From assembly GCA_049660965.1 (NCBI GenBank), contig JBASZP010000348.1, positions 1 to 53,148 on the forward strand: a stretch of DNA of 53,148 nucleotides, in the 5' to 3' direction. Positions 1-9,536 of the stretch are shown here, piece by piece. Origin of the DNA: Daejeonella sp. Its GTDB lineage: Bacteria; Bacteroidota; Bacteroidia; Sphingobacteriales; Sphingobacteriaceae. The notes under the pieces were generated by a model that worked only from the letters and a program-made list of their open reading frames with translations, was not told the origin of the DNA and did no database searches. How positions within the stretch are numbered: the first letter of the stretch is position 1; the number at the start of each line of letters is the position of its first letter. Made by a program: the position numbers and the translations under genes.

Positions 1-2
1 TA

Positions 3-581
3 CCGCTTTATTCGTATGCTGTTGTATGCTTTCTTGTCATTTGGTTTTTATTGCGCAGGGAAGGCAAAACATTTCGCAGCATCGGATTGGTTAAAAACGG
101 TTTCAGTGTAAAGGCGGTTCTCATAGGATTGGTTTCGGCTTTACTATGGGTGGGCTTTATGCAGTTCATCTATATTCCTGTAATAAAGAACTTATTTGTT
201 GTGCCTGATTATACAGAGTATGATTTCATCAAAGGCAATATTTCAAAATTATTGATGATTATTACTGCTGCGTGGCTTGTAGGTGGGTTCTATGAAGAAG
301 TAGTATTTCGGGGTTACATTCAGAATGTATTGGAAAAAAGATTTTTTAAAGGGTCTGCTGTCCTTTGGAGCATCATCGTAACCAGCGTTTTGTTTGGGCT
401 TTATCATTGGCAGCAGGATATTTTCGGAGTGATTGCCGCTATTTTAGGAGGTTTGTTTTGGGGCATCCTTTACAAAAAATTTGATAATAATCTTTGGATA
501 CCTATTCTATCACACGCCATTTTCGATACCATCACGTTGGTTCTTATTTATACGGATAGGTTTGGAAATTTGTACCGATAA
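3..581 (+). CDS. CPBP (Abi/CAAX) family intramembrane metalloprotease, 5'-partial
   Basis: EEVVFRG, FGLYH and HAIFD motifs; frame is open back to the window start. Confidence 0.9.
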   Translation, partial: PLYSYAVVCFLVIWFLLRREGKTFRSIGLVKNGFSVKAVLIGLVSALLWVGFMQFIYIPVIKNLFVVPDYTEYDFIKGNISKLLMIITAAWLVGGFYEEVVFRGYIQNVLEKRFFKGSAVLWSIIVTSVLFGLYHWQQDIFGVIAAILGGLFWGILYKKFDNNLWIPILSHAIFDTITLVLIYTDRFGNLYR

Positions 582-608
582 TTTGTCGTTTATATCATCA
601 ATAGTTAA

Positions 609-642
609 TTCTAAATTTCTTCTAAATTCTGCCAGTCCTTTG
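609..642 (+). promoter_or_regulatory. Direct-repeat regulator box 1 plus -7 element
   Basis: TTCTAAATTTCTTCTAAAT at 609-627; TTTG at 639-642. Confidence 0.75.
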
Positions 643-663
643 TATTACTAAAATTTATATACA

Positions 664-1422
664 ATGGCATTACAGGAAGAATTAGAGAAACAAGGAAACT
701 GGCTTTTTAAGTATAGAAGTTTTTTACCGTTAGTTATTTTATTGATTGGTACTATACTGTATTTAAGAACAGAACTATATCCTGAAACATTCTTTTTAGA
801 AGAAACCCCGTATGAGATTTACTTTGAAAGGCTATGTTTATTCATTAGCTTGTTTGGTTTGGCAATCAGGGTTTACACCGTCGGGCATACGCCTTCCAAC
901 ACATCGGGAAGAAATACAAAAGAACAGTTAGCGGATAGCGTTAACACCTCCGGCATATATTCCATTGTTAGACATCCGTTATATCTTGGCAACTTTTTTA
1001 TGTGGCTGGGTTGTGCAGTGATGACCGGGAACCTTTGGTTTATAATTGCATTTATACTTTCCTATTGGATTTACTACGAAAGGATAATGTTTGCCGAAGA
1101 ACAGTTTTTAAGGAGAAAATTTGATGCCCTTTATCTGGATTGGGCGAGTAAAACACCTGCCTTTATTCCCACCTTTAATCTTAAAAAATTCATCAAACCC
1201 CAATATTCGTTCAGTTGGAAAAAGGTGCTGAAAAAGGAGAAAAACGGATTGGCGGCAATCTTCCTGATTTTTACCTTTTTCGATATAACCGGAGAGCTAT
1301 TGGAGCGAGATACACGCTTTGATTATGTGCTGATAGCATTGTGCATTGTTACAGGCTTGCTGTACCTGGTATTAAAGTACCTCAAAAAATACACGCCTGT
1401 TTTGAATGAGAGCAATAGATAA
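664..1422 (+). CDS. lmtA: ICMT/PEMT-family membrane methyltransferase, lipid A phosphate O-methyltransferase (LmtA)-like
   Basis: GIYSIVRHPLYLGN and EEQFL motifs. N-terminus MALQEELEKQGNWLFKYRS resembles Leptospira LmtA as recalled, not searched. Confidence 0.62.
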   Translation: MALQEELEKQGNWLFKYRSFLPLVILLIGTILYLRTELYPETFFLEETPYEIYFERLCLFISLFGLAIRVYTVGHTPSNTSGRNTKEQLADSVNTSGIYSIVRHPLYLGNFFMWLGCAVMTGNLWFIIAFILSYWIYYERIMFAEEQFLRRKFDALYLDWASKTPAFIPTFNLKKFIKPQYSFSWKKVLKKEKNGLAAIFLIFTFFDITGELLERDTRFDYVLIALCIVTGLLYLVLKYLKKYTPVLNESNR

Positions 1423-1447
1423 CCCTTCGATAGAAATACATTGAATA

Positions 1448-2158
1448 ATGCCACAGTACACTACTAAAAGTATAACCAATCGGTTCATACTTTTTTCAGA
1501 GCAGAAATTATTACCGTTTCTAAACAAGTATAAGAAAAAGATTTTTTGGGCAGTCTTCTCTATATTCCTTTTAGGGTTTAGTGTTTTGGCTGCCTATGTG
1601 ATGCTCTCAAAACCACAATACATTGACGTACATATTTCAGAAGAAATACAGGAAAAACAGAACAGTTTTCTTGACCGCTTTATGATAGCTGTTAGCTGGT
1701 TCGGTCAGATAAGGGTTTCAGTTGTAATGGTAGCTTGTAGTGCGTTGCTCCTGCTGCTAAAGCATAAAAAAGATGCTTTGCTGATGGCATCCACTTTAAT
1801 ATCAGGTGGTATAGCTTGGGTGTTAAAGACACTGATAAACAGACCCAGACCTACCAAAGATTTTGTTTCCATTCTTGAAGAAACCCATTATCAAAGTTTT
1901 CCCAGTGGTCACGTATTGTTTTATACGGTGTTCTTCGGTGCGTTAATATTCATTTTGATACGAACCATTAAAAAATATCCGATTTTGAAAATCAGTGGTA
2001 TTCTAATATGCCTTGCGATGATTTTCTTAGGGGCTGTATCAAGAGTATATCTCGGCGCACATTGGTTTACCGATGTATTAGGCGGTTTTTTAGCTGGATT
2101 AATGTATTTATTGATCGCAGGGCATTTTTATTTTGATTGTAGGAAAAAGAGCATATAG
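1448..2158 (+). CDS. PAP2 family membrane phosphatase
   Basis: K-x4-RPRP, FPSGH and SRVYLGAHWFTDV motifs. Confidence 0.92.
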   Translation: MPQYTTKSITNRFILFSEQKLLPFLNKYKKKIFWAVFSIFLLGFSVLAAYVMLSKPQYIDVHISEEIQEKQNSFLDRFMIAVSWFGQIRVSVVMVACSALLLLLKHKKDALLMASTLISGGIAWVLKTLINRPRPTKDFVSILEETHYQSFPSGHVLFYTVFFGALIFILIRTIKKYPILKISGILICLAMIFLGAVSRVYLGAHWFTDVLGGFLAGLMYLLIAGHFYFDCRKKSI

Positions 2159-2166
2159 ATGTGCAG

Positions 2167-2200
2167 TTCTAAATTTCTTCTAATTTTGTTTGTTTTTTTA
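2167..2200 (+). promoter_or_regulatory. Direct-repeat regulator box 2
   Basis: TTCTAAATTTCTTCTAATT at 2167-2185; TTTA at 2197-2200. Confidence 0.7.
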
Positions 2201-2228
2201 CCAAAAGTAAAATTCTAAAGTTTTAAAT

Positions 2229-3632
2229 ATGAAGAAAGTAGTATCAGTTATTGCCGCATTAGCTGCAACTTTCGCAGTAGAAGCACAGGAAGCCATTACA
2301 GTTAAAAAAGACACTTTATCCTTTATTAAATCCAAACGGATGAGCGATGAAGACCTTTCAAAAAAGAGAGAAGGAACCTTTGTTACAGAACTTCCTGACA
2401 TTTCTTCAGACCCAGTAACAGGTTTCGGATTTGGCGTTAGAAGCAACGTGATATGGAACGGTAAACGGGACAATGAGTTATTTGCCTACACGCCCTACCT
2501 GATGAAATTAAAAGCCAATGCAGCGTGGTACACTTCCAACGCAAAGGAACTGGCTTTATCATTGGACGTACCTTATTACAAAGGAACACGCTGGCGTTTT
2601 AAAATTGACTTTAAGGCCTAGCAAAATCCGACAAATCTATATTTCGGTTTAACCGATAAAACTTTGGGAGATTTACGTCTTCCGTCTGACGAGAACACCA
2701 CTTTTTCTACTTACAAGGAATATGACAGAGCAAGGAAAACCTTGCATCACGGAGGCGTTGGGGAAGCAGCCTTTGTAACCGATGCGCTTTCCAACCGTTT
2801 CAGAGAAACAGAATATATGTTGAACCTTAAAGCCGATTACGCTTTAGGAAACGGAAAATGGCGTATTATGGGCGGTTACGAAATACAGCATCTAAGCTAC
2901 AAGACCTTTGAGGGAATGGAAGCTGATGCGATAGACCCCGTAACCGGAAACCATACCAAAGCTCCTAACGGCACATTATTGTTAAGACGTGATTTTGAGC
3001 AGGGAAATATTTCGGGTGTAGATGGCGGTTGGGTTTCCATCATACAGAATGCCTTAATATATGATACAAGGGATTTTGAACCAGACCCGACCAAAGGAGC
3101 CTATTTCGAGATTGCCAATGAATATTCGAGTAAACTTATCGGTTCGCAATTCGACTTCGATAAGTTATTGATACAAGGACGTTACTACCAAAAACTTCCG
3201 TTCGGGAAACGTACCGTATTGGCAGGTCGTGTTGGCATCGGAAACGTGTTTGGTAAAAATTCACCATTCTTTGAATACCAAGACCAATGGTCGCCTGAAG
3301 GAAGCATTAATGCAATGGGTGGTAAAGCATCATTAAGAGGATACAGAGCCAACCGTTTCTTGGCAAGGTCGATGTGGTTCTCTAACTTTGAAGTAAGGAC
3401 ACGCTTAGTTGAAACTACTTTATGGAAACAGCATTTATCGTTCACTGTTGCACCATTCTTTGATATGGGAACAGTTCGTGACCGTTGGCAGGATTTGAAT
3501 TTCCAAAACATCAAATATTCCTACGGTGCTGGCTTAAGAGTTGGCTGGAACCAATCTACCATATTGTATTTTGACTATGGAAAGTCTAAAGAAGATGGGA
3601 TGTTCTTCTTTGGTATTGGACAAGCATTTTAG
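2229..3632 (+). pseudogene. Omp85/BamA-TamA family outer-membrane beta-barrel interrupted by one in-frame TAG (2619-2621)
   Basis: ORFs 2229-2621 and 2664-3632 share a frame with no other stop between; signal peptide, LRGY motif and C-terminal GQAF beta-signal. Confidence 0.88.
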
Positions 3633-3645
3633 TAAGAAGATAGTA

Positions 3646-3679
3646 TTCTAAATTTCTTCCAAATCATATAACAGTTTTG
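3646..3679 (+). promoter_or_regulatory. Direct-repeat regulator box 3 plus -7 element
   Basis: TTCTAAATTTCTTCCAAAT at 3646-3664; TTTG at 3676-3679. Confidence 0.75.
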
Positions 3680-3717
3680 CATTCATAATAACACATATAA
3701 CTTGTAATTTCTGAAAT

Positions 3718-4752
3718 ATGATAATAAAATTAACCCTATTGTTTCTGGGAACAATAGTCGCCTTTTGGATAAGTGCTATTTGCGGCGGTGGAGCGAGTCT
3801 TATTCTTATACCTATCTTGAATTTACTTCTGCCAACTTCGGTAGTCCCGTTCTCATTGACAATAGGAACATTTACAAGTTCCGCATCGAGAATTGTAGTC
3901 TTTAAGAAACATATTAGCTGGAGGATATTTTTCTGGTTTGTACCGTTTTCCATTCCGGCTGTGTTAGTGGGTGCTTATTTGATAAAATATATCAACCCTA
4001 ATTATCTACAGCTCATCGTCGCCTTGTTTCTGATTGGAAATGTGCCACAGCTATTCAAGTCAAAAAAAGAAGAAGCTCAGTTGGAAAAGCCATATCCCAG
4101 ATATATCCTTGCCATTATCGGTTTTCTTGCAGGTTTTGTGTCGGGCATTACCGGAGCCATTGGGCTTTTGTTTAACAGGTTTTATCTAAAATTTGGACTT
4201 ACAAAAGAGCAAATAGTAGCGACACGTGCTGCCAATGAGGTTTTTCTGCATTTCATCAAACTGGTCATTTATATTGCTCTGGGTCTGTATTCACAAATGG
4301 CTTTATGGCTGGGCTTGGCTATTGCCGCCGCGACCATTGTTTCTTCTTTTACGGTGAAGTATATCCTACCTTATCTAAGTGAACACCTGTTCAGAAAAAT
4401 CGGATATGGAGCAATGGTGATTTCTGGTATAACGCTTCTTACGGGAACAACCGATAAAATTATAAAACAGGATAAAATAGCCTTTGCTACCATTCATCAT
4501 AAAGGGAAAGATGAAACCATCGTAAGCTGGCGAAACACAGACCTCGTGTTAGAATATACAATAGATGGCGGTTTAGAAATAGAAAGACCCATACACTCTC
4601 AAGAACTGCCACCACATCTTACTGAAAAATACGCTGCCTTGAAACGAAACTATGATACAATATACATCGAAAAGGTCTTTCAATTCAGAAAAGAACCCGT
4701 GTATGAATTTTATTGCTACAAAGAAAAACAATTGACAAAGTTTGAATTATAA
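3718..4752 (+). CDS. TSUP (TauE/SafE) family transporter with soluble C-terminal extension
   Basis: SAICGGGASLILIP and GFVSGITGAIG repeats, about 8 TM helices, ~100 aa hydrophilic tail. Confidence 0.85.
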   Translation: MIIKLTLLFLGTIVAFWISAICGGGASLILIPILNLLLPTSVVPFSLTIGTFTSSASRIVVFKKHISWRIFFWFVPFSIPAVLVGAYLIKYINPNYLQLIVALFLIGNVPQLFKSKKEEAQLEKPYPRYILAIIGFLAGFVSGITGAIGLLFNRFYLKFGLTKEQIVATRAANEVFLHFIKLVIYIALGLYSQMALWLGLAIAAATIVSSFTVKYILPYLSEHLFRKIGYGAMVISGITLLTGTTDKIIKQDKIAFATIHHKGKDETIVSWRNTDLVLEYTIDGGLEIERPIHSQELPPHLTEKYAALKRNYDTIYIEKVFQFRKEPVYEFYCYKEKQLTKFEL

Positions 4753-4754
4753 CA

Positions 4755-4788
4755 TTCTAAATTTCTTCTAAATCTCATTAGAATTTTG
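4755..4788 (+). promoter_or_regulatory. Direct-repeat regulator box 4 plus -7 element
   Basis: TTCTAAATTTCTTCTAAAT at 4755-4773; TTTG at 4785-4788. Confidence 0.75.
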
Positions 4789-4814
4789 TGGTCAACAATC
4801 AAAAAAGCAAAAAA

Positions 4815-5243
4815 ATGAAAAAATTAGTATTTCTATTGGTAGCAGTTGCAAGTGTGTCATTCGCCAATGCGCAAAAAGTTTCGGACAAAGAAGTTCCGGC
4901 AGTTGTAAAATCAGCTCTACAAAAAAGCCACCCCAATGCAAAGGGTTTAAAATGGGAAAAAGAAAAAGGCAACTACGAGGCAGGTTTTGAAGTAGGAGAA
5001 ACCGATTATTCGGTATTGATTGATGCTTCGGGCAAAATTCTTGAAACCGAACTGGAAATCAAAATTGATGAGCTTCCGGCAAATGCCAAAGCCTATGTTG
5101 CTAAGCACTACGCAGGGCAAAAAATCAAAGAAGCGGCAAAAATTACAGACAGTAAAGGGGTTGTAACCTACGAAGCAGAAGTAAAAGGCAAAGACCTGAT
5201 TTTTGATAATACAGGTAAATTTTTAAAAGAGGTTAAAGACTAA
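4815..5243 (+). CDS. Periplasmic PepSY-like (BLIP-like) domain protein
   Basis: Signal peptide MKKLVF..ANAQ; two repeats (VPAVVK..YEAGF / LPANAK..YEAEV..FDNTGKFL); ATG at 4815 chosen. Confidence 0.85.
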   Translation: MKKLVFLLVAVASVSFANAQKVSDKEVPAVVKSALQKSHPNAKGLKWEKEKGNYEAGFEVGETDYSVLIDASGKILETELEIKIDELPANAKAYVAKHYAGQKIKEAAKITDSKGVVTYEAEVKGKDLIFDNTGKFLKEVKD

Positions 5244-5247
5244 GAAG

Positions 5248-7659
5248 ATGAATAAAATAAGGTTGTTTTTTGTACTCATTTCCATACTGGCTTTTTCGGT
5301 AGCCAATGCGCAGGTATCAACCGTTACCATTTCCGGTATCGTAAAAAATAAGGCGGATAAATCGGCGGTTCCTTATGTAAATGTGGTCGTGAAAACTGAA
5401 AAGGACAGTGCTTTTGTAGCCGGAACAGTGACTAATGATGAAGGCAGGTTTTCCATTGCCAATGTGAAGCCCGGCAACTATCGTTTGCAAATTTCATTTA
5501 TGGGGTTTGAGAACAGGGAACAACCCTTATTTGTCGGCAGCCTTTCAGCGTTTTTGGATATTCCGGTCATCGAACTGGAAGAAGCCTCAACCGTTTTGGA
5601 AGGTGTGACCATTTCTGCAAAGGCGAGTGATGTGAGCAACAAGCTGGATAAGAAAACCTATTCCGTTGCCGACAATGTTGCCCAAAGCGGTGGTTCCGTT
5701 TTGCAAAGTATGCAGAACCTGCCCGGTGTTACGGTTCAGGATGGTAAAGTGCAGTTACGGGGTAATGATAAGGTTACGGTTTTGATTGACGGAAAGCAGA
5801 CCGCATTAACGGGCTTTGGTAGTCAAACGGGATTAGACAACATTCCGTCATCTGCTATTGATAAAATTGAGATTATCAATAACCCTTCATCAAAGTATGA
5901 TGCCAACGGTAATGCGGGTATCATCAATATCATAATGAAGAAGAACAAGCAGGACGGGTTTAACGGTAAGGTGGGTTTTACTTATGGAACAGGCTCACTT
6001 TGGGTACGAAAGGAGAACCTGCCAACTATCAGACCGCAATACACTTTCACGCCGAAACTCAACCCATCGGTATCGCTGAATTACAGAAAAGATAAGGTAA
6101 ACATCTTTTTGCAGGCAGATAATTTATATACGCAAACGCTGAACAAAAATGAGTTTGTTACCCGAAACTATGACGATGGGACGGTTATCAATTCCCAATT
6201 AAAACGGAACAGGAACACCAATTTCCTGACCACTAAAGCAGGCGTGGATTGGAACATTGACGAGCAGAATACCCTGACCGTTTCGGGAATGTACGGCAGC
6301 GAGAAGATTATTGACCGTGGCGACCAGCCGTTTTTCAACGGGAATATATCACAGCGTTTACGCCTTTGGCAGTTTTTGGAAGATGAACTGAAAACTACGG
6401 CAATGGCTACGGCAGCCTACCAGCACAAGTTTAAGGAAGCAGGGCATTTATTGAATATTGGGTTCAACTACACTTTCCACAGGGAAGATGAGCAATATTT
6501 CTATGATAACTATCTGCCCTCATCCACCGGAACAGATGCCTTTAAATTATTGTCAGACGAGCAGGTGTATGACTTCAATATAGATTATATCAAACCGTTG
6601 AAATACGGACGTATTGAAACAGGTATCAAATTAAGAAATCGAAGCATCCCAACCAATATGGATTTCAGACCCGGAGCCAATTCTGTTTTGGATATGGATG
6701 CCGGAGGTTGGGCAGACTATAAGGAACTGATACCAGCCATTTATGGTAACTATGTTTTTGAAACCGAAAAATGGGAAGCGGAATTGGGCTTGCGTATGGA
6801 ATACGTGAAAATTCAATACAATGTTAATCCTAACCATAGCACCTATAAGAGCGATGGCTATAACTATACACAACCTTTCCCGAATATGCGGTTAGCCTAC
6901 AAGCTGAATGATAATAATAAACTTTCGGTATTCTATAACCGCAGGGTGGACAGACCGAACGAAGTGGATATCCGTATTTTCCCGAAATATGATGATGCTG
7001 AAATCATCAAGGTCGGTAATCCTGCATTACGTCCGCAATTTACCAATTCCTTAGAATTAGGTTATAAAAATACCTGGAACAATGGTTATTTCTATTCCGC
7101 ATTGTATCATCGTTTTGCAAACGGAACCATTACAAGAATATCGAGCATCGTGCCGGGCAGTAACTTAATATATGCCATATTCCAAAATGTAGGCAGGAGC
7201 TACAATACAGGTTTGGAAGCTATTTTGAACCAAAAGGTTTCCGATGTTTATTCCTTTAACATCAACGGGAACATTTACCGCAACCAGATAGATGCGTTCA
7301 CGGTACAGAACCTGTACCCTGAACCCAATACTTTTTCGGCAGCGCAGCAAACAGCCATATCGGGCAACCTCAAACTGAACAATACGTTCCGCTTTGCTGA
7401 CGGATGGGATGCGCAAATGACAGCCGTCTATTTAGCACCCGATATTATCCCGCAGGGTAAAATAATGTCGAGGTTTTCGATTGATGCGGGAGTTAAAAAA
7501 TCCGTACAGAAAGGCAAAGGAGAGCTGTTTTTCAACGCTACCGATTTGCTTAATACAATGGTCATCAAACGTAAGATAGACGGAGCCGGCTTCCGTTATA
7601 CCAGCGATGATTACTACGAAACACAGGTTATCCGGTTAGGGTACAGCTATAAGTTTTAA
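5248..7659 (+). CDS. TonB-dependent receptor / outer-membrane beta-barrel family protein
   Basis: Signal peptide, carboxypeptidase-regulatory-like N-domain, plug motif IEIINNPSSKYDANG, GNPALRP, terminal YKF. Confidence 0.92.
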   Translation: MNKIRLFFVLISILAFSVANAQVSTVTISGIVKNKADKSAVPYVNVVVKTEKDSAFVAGTVTNDEGRFSIANVKPGNYRLQISFMGFENREQPLFVGSLSAFLDIPVIELEEASTVLEGVTISAKASDVSNKLDKKTYSVADNVAQSGGSVLQSMQNLPGVTVQDGKVQLRGNDKVTVLIDGKQTALTGFGSQTGLDNIPSSAIDKIEIINNPSSKYDANGNAGIINIIMKKNKQDGFNGKVGFTYGTGSLWVRKENLPTIRPQYTFTPKLNPSVSLNYRKDKVNIFLQADNLYTQTLNKNEFVTRNYDDGTVINSQLKRNRNTNFLTTKAGVDWNIDEQNTLTVSGMYGSEKIIDRGDQPFFNGNISQRLRLWQFLEDELKTTAMATAAYQHKFKEAGHLLNIGFNYTFHREDEQYFYDNYLPSSTGTDAFKLLSDEQVYDFNIDYIKPLKYGRIETGIKLRNRSIPTNMDFRPGANSVLDMDAGGWADYKELIPAIYGNYVFETEKWEAELGLRMEYVKIQYNVNPNHSTYKSDGYNYTQPFPNMRLAYKLNDNNKLSVFYNRRVDRPNEVDIRIFPKYDDAEIIKVGNPALRPQFTNSLELGYKNTWNNGYFYSALYHRFANGTITRISSIVPGSNLIYAIFQNVGRSYNTGLEAILNQKVSDVYSFNINGNIYRNQIDAFTVQNLYPEPNTFSAAQQTAISGNLKLNNTFRFADGWDAQMTAVYLAPDIIPQGKIMSRFSIDAGVKKSVQKGKGELFFNATDLLNTMVIKRKIDGAGFRYTSDDYYETQVIRLGYSYKF

Positions 7660-7669
7660 ATCATTGGCA

Positions 7670-8263
7670 ATGACAGAAAATATTATTGACAGAGCAAGGG
7701 ATTATGTGCTGCAACTTCTGCTCAGCAAACTTCCCAATGGTATGCGCTTTCACAATGTAATGCACACGCAGGATGTTGTGAAAGCTGCTATTGAAATTGC
7801 AACGGAAAGCTGTTTTTCCTCAACGCAGTCAGAGATAGTAACACTGGCAGCGTGGTTTCACGATTGCGGATATACAACTGCTTATACCAACCACGAAGAC
7901 AGCAGCAAAACCATAGCTGCGGATTTCCTGAACAGGAACAATTATCCGCAAGAAAAGACAGCGCAGGTTTTGGCTTGCATTGAAGCAACAAGGTTTCCGC
8001 AAAACCCAAAATCGCCTGAAGAAGAAGTTTTGGCAGATGCCGATTTGTACCATTTCACAAAGACCGACTATTCAAAATACGAGCGTAGGTTAAGAATGGA
8101 GTTTAAAACCTATTTAGGTAAAACTTATACGAATGAGGAATGGGACGAAACAAACTATGCCCTACTAAAGCAACATAGCTACTATACAGCGTATGGAAAA
8201 ACCGTGCTTCAAAAATTTAAAGAAGTAAATATGGAAATGTTAAAAATAAAGCTAACAAAATAG
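7670..8263 (+). CDS. HD-domain metal-dependent phosphohydrolase
   Basis: FHNVMHT, AAWFHDCG, HE and DADL motifs. Confidence 0.88.
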   Translation: MTENIIDRARDYVLQLLLSKLPNGMRFHNVMHTQDVVKAAIEIATESCFSSTQSEIVTLAAWFHDCGYTTAYTNHEDSSKTIAADFLNRNNYPQEKTAQVLACIEATRFPQNPKSPEEEVLADADLYHFTKTDYSKYERRLRMEFKTYLGKTYTNEEWDETNYALLKQHSYYTAYGKTVLQKFKEVNMEMLKIKLTK

Positions 8264-8264
8264 A

Positions 8265-9056
8265 ATGCGCTCAATACATAAAAACGCCATTGTACTCATC
8301 TTTGTGCTGGCCACTACCTTTCGGGTAGCCGCACAAGATACTATCCGCAATTCAAATATCGCTTTGCAGGATAGCATTATCGGCAAAACTAATGACAAAG
8401 CATACAAATTAGATTACAGGCACCTTATCGCTCCAACGATTTTCATCGGTTATGGAATTGTGAGCTTGGAAAGTGACGGGTTGAAACAGCTCAATTTTTC
8501 GACAAGAGATGAATTAGGCGAACACCAGCCCAAGCACATAACCTTGGATAACTACACCCAATATGCTCCGGCAGCAATGGTATATGGTTTGAATGCAGTT
8601 GGGATAAAAGGCAAGCATAATTTCAGGGACAGGACGATTATCTATGCGACATCGCAACTGATTTCCGCCGCATTTGTATTGCCGTTAAAGCACATTGTAA
8701 AAGAAGAACGACCGGACGGCTCCAATAACCTTTCCTTTCCCTCAGGGCATACCGCCACCGCATTTTCTTCTGCTCAATTTATGTTCAGGGAATATAAGGA
8801 CACTAATTTTTGGTTAAGTATTTCGGGTTATTCCCTTGCGGTTTTTACCGGAGTGTACAGAACCGTAAACGATAAACATTGGGTAAGCGATGTGGTAGCC
8901 GGAGCTGGATTTGGCATTCTCTCTACGGAGCTGGCTTATTGGCTCTTTCCTAAAATCAATGGCTTGCTAACTGGCAAGGAAAAGAAAAAGGCAACTTTGG
9001 TTATGCCTTACTATCAGAACAAAGGCTTCGGTATCGGGTTAGTACAGAATTTTTAA
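8265..9056 (+). CDS. PAP2 family phosphatase with signal peptide
   Basis: KHIVKEERPD, SFPSGHT and R-x4-KHWVSDV motifs. Confidence 0.9.
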   Translation: MRSIHKNAIVLIFVLATTFRVAAQDTIRNSNIALQDSIIGKTNDKAYKLDYRHLIAPTIFIGYGIVSLESDGLKQLNFSTRDELGEHQPKHITLDNYTQYAPAAMVYGLNAVGIKGKHNFRDRTIIYATSQLISAAFVLPLKHIVKEERPDGSNNLSFPSGHTATAFSSAQFMFREYKDTNFWLSISGYSLAVFTGVYRTVNDKHWVSDVVAGAGFGILSTELAYWLFPKINGLLTGKEKKKATLVMPYYQNKGFGIGLVQNF

Positions 9057-9067
9057 ATCAGTTTATT

Positions 9068-9484
9068 ATGTGGTTAGTTTATGCTTTATTATCCGCTTTG
9101 TTTGCTGCACTTACCGCCATATTCGGTAAGCTGGGCGTAGCAAACGTCAATTCCAATCTTGCAACCGGGATACGTACGGTGGTCATATTGATAATGATAT
9201 GGAGCATCGTAATGGCAAGAGGCGAAGCAAAAGGAATTAGCACTTTGTCAAAACAGAATATCACTTTTCTTATTATTTCAGGAATAGCCACAGGTTTGTC
9301 GTGGCTATTCTATTTCAAAGCCCTGCAATTAGGAAAAGTATCGCAGGTGGCAGCCGTTGATAAGCTAAGCGTAGCCCTTACAATCATCATCGCCGTCCTG
9401 TTTTTAGGCGAGCAGCTTACGTTAAAAACATTTGCAGGAGCAAGTCTTATCATTATCGGAACCATATTATTGGCTTGGAAGTAA
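9068..9484 (+). CDS. EamA/DMT family small transporter
   Basis: 5 TM helices; YFKALQLG..V..VDKLS and LGE motifs. Confidence 0.9.
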   Translation: MWLVYALLSALFAALTAIFGKLGVANVNSNLATGIRTVVILIMIWSIVMARGEAKGISTLSKQNITFLIISGIATGLSWLFYFKALQLGKVSQVAAVDKLSVALTIIIAVLFLGEQLTLKTFAGASLIIIGTILLAWK

Positions 9485-9536
9485 TGCCTTCGTACTCTTT
9501 TCAATCTCCCCCAAATCAGAACTTAGCAAAAGCCGA

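Noticed and set aside
2619..2621. Stop-codon reassignment or pyrrolysine read-through
   Set aside because: Neighbouring genes end normally in TAG (2158, 3632), no pyl genes are present, and the other internal stop is TAA
609..4773. TTCTAAAT boxes as cassette recombination sites or terminators
   Set aside because: They are direct rather than inverted repeats; spacing is fixed to the downstream -7 element but variable to the upstream stop codons
7670..8263. Pycsar/CBASS-type defence gene
   Set aside because: HD domain only, with no TM effector domain and no cyclase in the window
9432..9536. N-terminal extension of rteC from TTG 9432
   Set aside because: Overlaps eamA; the ATG at 9537 gives a normal RteC length
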